Below, in pieces: positions 63,733-64,000 of a stretch of DNA of 64,000 nucleotides. The translations under genes and the position numbers were made by a program. Every line of letters begins with the position of its first letter. Position 1 is the stretch's first letter. This DNA is from a virus (lineage: Duplodnaviria > Caudoviricetes): positions 2,192 to 66,191 of the IMG/VR virus record IMGVR_UViG_3300008954_000046; one strand, written 5' to 3'. Below the pieces are notes generated by a model. That model did not search any database, was not told where the DNA came from, and saw only the letters and a list, made by a program, of their open reading frames with translations.

Positions 63733-64000
63733 ATGAAAAATATAAAAGGAATATATACCTTCATAGAGAACGAAGATAATTTTAAGTTATGTGATTACGA
63801 GATAGGAATACTAATGATATCGGTAATGAAATGGGCCAAACTTTACGGTCCGACAAAACTATTCACCAACCAAAAAGGATTTGATTACCTGACAGAAGTG
63901 GGGATTATTGATTTGTGGGGTGAAGTAGATAAAGAATTATTAGAAGGGGGAAGTAGATTAGAACTAATAACTGACCTTTATAAAATAAAAGTAATGAAAA
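63733..64000 (+). CDS. partial ORF, possibly DUF6734/glycosyltransferase-like
   Basis: MKNIKGIYTF...LMISVMKWAKLYGPTKLFTNQKGFDYL...DLWGEVD runs off the window end; the S...W....G..KL[FY]T pattern recalls a GT-A-like N-terminus. Confidence 0.35.
   Translation, partial: MKNIKGIYTFIENEDNFKLCDYEIGILMISVMKWAKLYGPTKLFTNQKGFDYLTEVGIIDLWGEVDKELLEGGSRLELITDLYKIKVMK

Noticed and set aside
1-64000. Stop-codon reassignment as seen in some large Bacteroidota phages
   Set aside because: Long ORFs tile the window in the standard code, and TAG, TGA and TAA all end genes at sensible boundaries (e.g. TAG at 7421 and 13705).
1-64000. tRNA genes and intrinsic terminators
   Set aside because: No cloverleaf or convincing GC hairpin plus U-tract seen by eye; convergent genes abut or overlap (47449-47452, 59039/59040).

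Overview
AT-rich, almost fully coding segment of a large contractile-tailed (myovirus-type) dsDNA phage, read in the standard genetic code. The host is most likely Bacteroidota: RpoD-type sigma factor of the Bacteroidota kind, rhomboid-tail-like motif, Hc1-like protein, SprB-like repeats and no obvious Shine-Dalgarno sites. Gene order: replication and nucleotide genes (5'-3' flap nuclease, DnaB/gp41-type helicase, class II B12 ribonucleotide reductase); a ~36 kb baseplate/tail-appendage cluster (gp25-, gp6/J- and gp7/P2-I-like proteins, several tail-fibre-anchor paralogues, large Cys/Gly/Thr-rich adhesin-like inserts); recombination/replication genes (RuvC-like, primase, PD-(D/E)XK nuclease, Mre11/Rad50-like pair); sigma factor; lysis-like cluster; putative head-packaged late proteins; host-like genes (Hc1, DnaJ, ThyX, DUF4338/DruA-like, PspC). 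I found no tRNA, CRISPR array, intron, intein or transposase. Most interesting signals: (1) a dispersed [S/T]-[G/A]-x-T peptide motif strongly enriched in a subset of tail proteins, a candidate virion modification sequon; (2) a loop-expanded vWA-like domain shared by two tail proteins; (3) a HiPIP-like four-Cys module in a tail protein; (4) three promoter classes: a late TATTTAT box, leaderless sigma70-like promoters, and a palindrome plus sigma54-like site in front of the phage sigma gene; (5) a late ORF with an internal promoter and nested starts. Family assignments come from motif recognition by eye, not database searches.
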